Assembly (NCBI GenBank): GCA_900617105.1
Contig: UYFQ01000005.1
Span: forward strand, 434,001 to 498,000
Length of the DNA stretch: 64,000 bases
Source of the DNA: Hydrurus foetidus
Taxonomy: Eukaryota
Reading direction: 5' to 3'
Part shown: in pieces, positions 60,423-64,000 of the stretch
Layout: the number at the start of each line of letters is the position of its first letter
Position numbering within the stretch: the stretch's first letter is position 1
The notes under the pieces: model-generated
The model's input: only the letters and a program-made list of their open reading frames with translations
Database searches by the model: none
What the model was told of the DNA's origin: nothing
Made by a program: the position numbers and the translations under genes

Positions 60423-60482
60423 GGCGGGGGTAGAAAAGAGGGGGATGCGGGAATTATCTGCTGAGCGGGGTCAGGTGGGGTT

Positions 60483-60546
60483 TTATGTACAAAAATGGCT
60501 TATCGTGCTTTATTTATATGCACAGAAAGCTATCAAATTCATAGCT
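60483..60546 (-). repeat. dispersed AT-rich palindromic repeat, copy 6
   Basis: GCTATCAAATTCATAGC with an upstream degenerate hairpin. Confidence 0.65.
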
Positions 60547-60667
60547 ATTCTTTGCTTCATTGGCGCAGATCAAAAAGACTACGCATTGCGGTTTGTGCAT
60601 ACACGCCTGCTTGTGTGTCAGTGCGAGATCTGACCTCTTGACTTCCTTGGGATGGGCGGGGTAATTT

Positions 60668-60919
60668 CTAAACTCTATCTCCATATCGGTATAGCAATAC
60701 CATATCCATCAAGCAACTACAGAATATGCAAAATATTAATTTTAACAAATTATTAGAAAATATAGAAGCACCATTTTCTTCAAGTAAAAAAATTAAAATT
60801 ATCGATTGAAATCCTCCTGCGAAACTGCCCATTAAAAGTAAAGCTAAAACTCCATAAAGACTTCCATTATTAGCTAATTTTTTCTTCAGTAAAATTCCAA
60901 AAATAATACTAAAAACCAT
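60668..60919 (-). CDS. small low-GC membrane protein (candidate immunity protein)
   Basis: Very AT-rich, 2-3 TM segments, directly downstream of the toxin-like tip. Confidence 0.5.
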   Translation of the reverse strand: MVFSIIFGILLKKKLANNGSLYGVLALLLMGSFAGGFQSIILIFLLEENGASIFSNNLLKLIFCIFCSCLMDMVLLYRYGDRV

Positions 60920-61192
60920 ACTAAAAGCTAAAATTGAAAATTAATTCATATCATACACTCCTAGGACATGCAATATTTGTACAGCGCATTCCAGCACTTT
61001 GTGCAAGTGAATCTCCAAAGAGCAATCCAGAAAATGCCATTGCCATTGCAATGGCTGGATTTATGGCAAGTGATGCTAATGACAATGCTGCATTTATAAA
61101 AAAAGTTGCCAGAAAAATTTGTTTAATACAAGGCAAGGCTTCAGGGCAATTAGCTGCATAATCCAATGCAGCCAAATTTGCAGCCATGAATG

Positions 61193-62602
61193 CATCTCGT
61201 TATACACAAATCCCCTGAGCCAGAAGCTCCCGTGAGAACCTGATCCCAGCAGCGAAGTCAATGATGCGCTGCATACCCAGCCAGATGGTTTTGACACCCG
61301 GCTCCCCATCCCCTTTGCGTGCCAAGAAACCACCCAGACGAGCGACCAGTCGAACCACTTCATTCAGGGTGGGCGGCTTGTCCGGTATCTTTTCTTTGTT
61401 CAGGATGTAGGCGGCCTTCCATTCATCCGCCTCAAACATGAGTGCCGCATCCATTTCCGGGCAACTGCGCCCCAGTCGCATCAGCCGCGCAATACGCCAC
61501 GCGACGATCATGTACATCACCACCGCACGCTCGATCCTGTCAATGTCGCCCAGCTGCAATGCCTCCACGTGGCAACCGTTCTTGAGGACATGGAAGAACA
61601 TCTCTATCTCCCAGCGGGCGCGGTACCAGTCGATCATCTCGGTGGCCTGTGCCAGTGTGGCCACGTCCCGGTTGGTCAGCAGTCGCCATTCGATGGCCGT
61701 CTGTCCCGCTGGTGGTGTCATCTCGCGTGCCACGATGCAGCTGGCTGTGACAAAGCCGCCTTTGCCGTCGCGCAGTTGCACGGTTTTAGCCCACACCTGT
61801 TGCTCTACCTCGCGGGTGGCTTTGCCCTGTCGCGCAGGCATGGTGAAACGGATCGTGCCCAGGGCTTGGGTGGCCGTTACTTGGGGCCACAGTTTGGCTC
61901 CCGCCCCCAGTGCGCGGTTGTGTTTGGAGCGCACCAGCCAGTCCACCGGGGTTTGGAGTTCGCGGGCACGCACCATTAACTCCATGATGTCGGCCTCGCG
62001 GTCTGCCAAGTACACCAGTCGGGTAAGGGGCAGCAGCGGGGCTATCTCGGCCAGGCGTTCGTAGCCTTCTGTCCAGCGCAAACTCTCGCTGACTCCGGGG
62101 CGTGTGCCGTCAGCATTTTTTGCCTTGCGTGCCCACATCCATGCGTCCAGCACGCCCAGCGGTTCGCGGGTGGTAGAAATGGCGTAGGTGGGGTGCAGGT
62201 ACATGCCGCGCTGTGGGGCGTAGCTCAGGGGTCCCAGTCCCGCAGCTTGTTGGCCGTTGAAGTCGAGTTCGGTGGTGTCTTGGATGCACAGCACGACGGG
62301 GTGCGCCGCCATACGGGTCATGCTGCTTTGGACGTGGGGCTCCAAGATGTCAGTCCATTCGAAGGCATCGTTGTCGAAGAAGCGGTACGCCCCCAAGGTG
62401 TCGGCCCAGTCCCCGCAGGCTTGGGGGATGCTACCGGTGGGCATCGCGCTGAAGCCTTCCATCATCTTGATTGCACGTTTGTTGCGCCTCTTGTCGCCCA
62501 AATCCATCGTCTCAAACTCCCTTTTTGCCCAGTTCACTTGTGTTTCATGCTATTAAATTCGCAGCATACCTTAGGCTCGGGAGAGTTGTGTATAACGAGA
62601 TG
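61193..62602 (-). mobile_element. IS4 family (IS50/Tn5-like) insertion sequence, 1410 bp
   Basis: Perfect 17-bp IR CATCTCGTTATACACAA; 9-bp TSD CCATGAATG (61184-61192 and 62603-62611). Confidence 0.95.
61200..62537 (-). CDS. IS4/IS50-type DDE transposase
   Basis: LGDKR, QDTT, ADREAD, YRARWEIE.F..LK (YREK), LGGFL.RKGDGEPG. Confidence 0.95.
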   Translation of the reverse strand: MNWAKREFETMDLGDKRRNKRAIKMMEGFSAMPTGSIPQACGDWADTLGAYRFFDNDAFEWTDILEPHVQSSMTRMAAHPVVLCIQDTTELDFNGQQAAGLGPLSYAPQRGMYLHPTYAISTTREPLGVLDAWMWARKAKNADGTRPGVSESLRWTEGYERLAEIAPLLPLTRLVYLADREADIMELMVRARELQTPVDWLVRSKHNRALGAGAKLWPQVTATQALGTIRFTMPARQGKATREVEQQVWAKTVQLRDGKGGFVTASCIVAREMTPPAGQTAIEWRLLTNRDVATLAQATEMIDWYRARWEIEMFFHVLKNGCHVEALQLGDIDRIERAVVMYMIVAWRIARLMRLGRSCPEMDAALMFEADEWKAAYILNKEKIPDKPPTLNEVVRLVARLGGFLARKGDGEPGVKTIWLGMQRIIDFAAGIRFSRELLAQGICV

Positions 62603-64000
62603 CCATGAATGCTATTGAGCTAATAACAAAAGCAGTAACAGCCAATAAAATTCCAATAATCAGGGTTACTTTTGCAGCTGATGCAATCACACCAAGCCCA
62701 AAAAGAATAATTGCTAAAGTATCGCTATTACGACCAACTATATCAATTGAACTATTAGGCAACACCCCCCCATTACTCCCCCCCTCAATCAAATACCCTC
62801 CCGCCCCAGTCTGTGGATCAATCACGGTATACCCCGCCCCCGTCCACCCATCCTGGCTGATCGGTGCCTCATGAATCGTCACCTCGTACCCCGCATCCAA
62901 CGCTTCTTGCACCTTGCCCTTGGTACTTTGGCTGTGCGCTGACAGCGCTGTGTTCACGATGCCGGGGTTGTTTTGGTACACCTCTTGGGTGATGGTATAG
63001 ATTTTCTGCCCCGCCTGCGCAGCAATCGCAATGGCTTTGATGGCCGATATGCCCTGCGGACAGTCAGGCAATGCCGGGTTCGGGGCCGTGCTGCTGCCCT
63101 GAACATTGCACTTCGCCGGGTCGTTAAAGAACCTCTCAGGAATGACCCCTTCCAGCGCACTCATGTACTGCCCCCTTAAGCGGTTGTAGCTGACCCACTT
63201 GTTTTTGTCGTTGTCCTTGGCCCAGGTCAGGTTCCTCACATGCCCAATATCCAGAACCACCCCTGGGAAGGTGACTTTGCGCACGACTCCCCAACTGCTG
63301 ATGGGGTTCGCCGCCGCATGAAACAACCCATAGGAGAGTCCTGGGACTTCTACCATCCCGGCTTGGTTTTGGCTCATCCGGTTGTGGCTCTCTGACGCTG
63401 CGAACCAGCTCCAAATCGTGGCGCTCAGGAGGTCGCCCGAGATTTGCTCGCCGGTAAGGCCGGTGACGTTATTGGCTTGCAGTTGGCTTTGCGTGGCGCT
63501 GAGCCGGTCTTTGAGCTGGGTGAGCTGCGCGGCACTGATGCCGCCTGCGCTGATCCCAATGGCGGTGGCCTGCCCCGCTGTGTTGGATTCTTCGCTGGTC
63601 AAGTCCCACTGGGTGGGGTCGTAGAGTTCGGTGAAGCCGCCGGTGCTGGGCAGGTCTGTGCCCATGGTGACGGCTTGGGCTGCGGTGGCGACGGCTTGGC
63701 CGTCCAGGTTGATTTGGGCTTTGAGGCGGATCAAGTAGCCGGGCAGGCTGCTGGGGAGTTCGCTGGGCTGGATGGGGCTGCCGTCGGCGTGGGGCTTGGG
63801 CAGGTAGCTGGCGATGAGGTCAGCATCGGCCTGGGTGGCGGGGATGTAGCTGAGGGTTAAGCGTTTGCCTGCCAGTTGGCTGGTCTTGGCGGTGTAGGTC
63901 AGCACAGGGGTGTCGCTGGCTTGGTCGTTGGCGCTGGCGTAGAGGCGGTAGGTGAATTGGTGTTGCAGGGCGCTGGGGATGGCGGTGCTCTCTTGCCCTT

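Larger units (their letters stand above)
60951..64000 (-). pseudogene. 3' part of a large protein with a variable hydrophobic C-terminus (probable polymorphic toxin), interrupted by an IS; 5' end lies outside the window
   Basis: Frame open to the window edge; GC drops after GAGGYLIEGGSNGG; removing the IS and one TSD joins ...SSIAF to MAANLAALD... in frame. Confidence 0.75.

Noticed and set aside
1..64000. tRNA or rRNA genes
   Set aside because: None recognised in the intergenic regions by eye

Overview
Chromosomal segment of a betaproteobacterium, most like Comamonadaceae (inferred from gene content and protein style). The core backbone is ribF-ileS-lspA, scpA, a PQQ alcohol dehydrogenase cluster, pgi/tal, an Fe3+/sugar-phosphate ABC transporter, zwf-hexR, a peptide ABC transporter, two porins, coq7, aspS and ubiE/J/B. 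An accessory island of about 11.5 kb sits between tal and the ABC transporter and contains a chromosomal integron (intI with a LexA box, attI, at least 4 cassettes). The most striking feature is two divergent ~2.4-2.5 kb elements plus a third remnant. Each encodes a frameshift-split tyrosine recombinase and an IS91-type HUH (Y2) transposase, and each sits in inverted orientation exactly at the AAC of an attC R'' box. Each has a covarying attC-like hairpin at one end, and its other end rebuilds the host attC. Other points: an IS50/IS4-type IS with 17-bp IRs and a 9-bp TSD inside the tip of a probable polymorphic toxin, two Rpn-family nucleases, a dispersed AT-rich palindromic repeat with one copy in frame inside pgi, a REPIN, and an ileS frameshift that is probably a sequence error. 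All calls come from reading motifs; no database searches were run.
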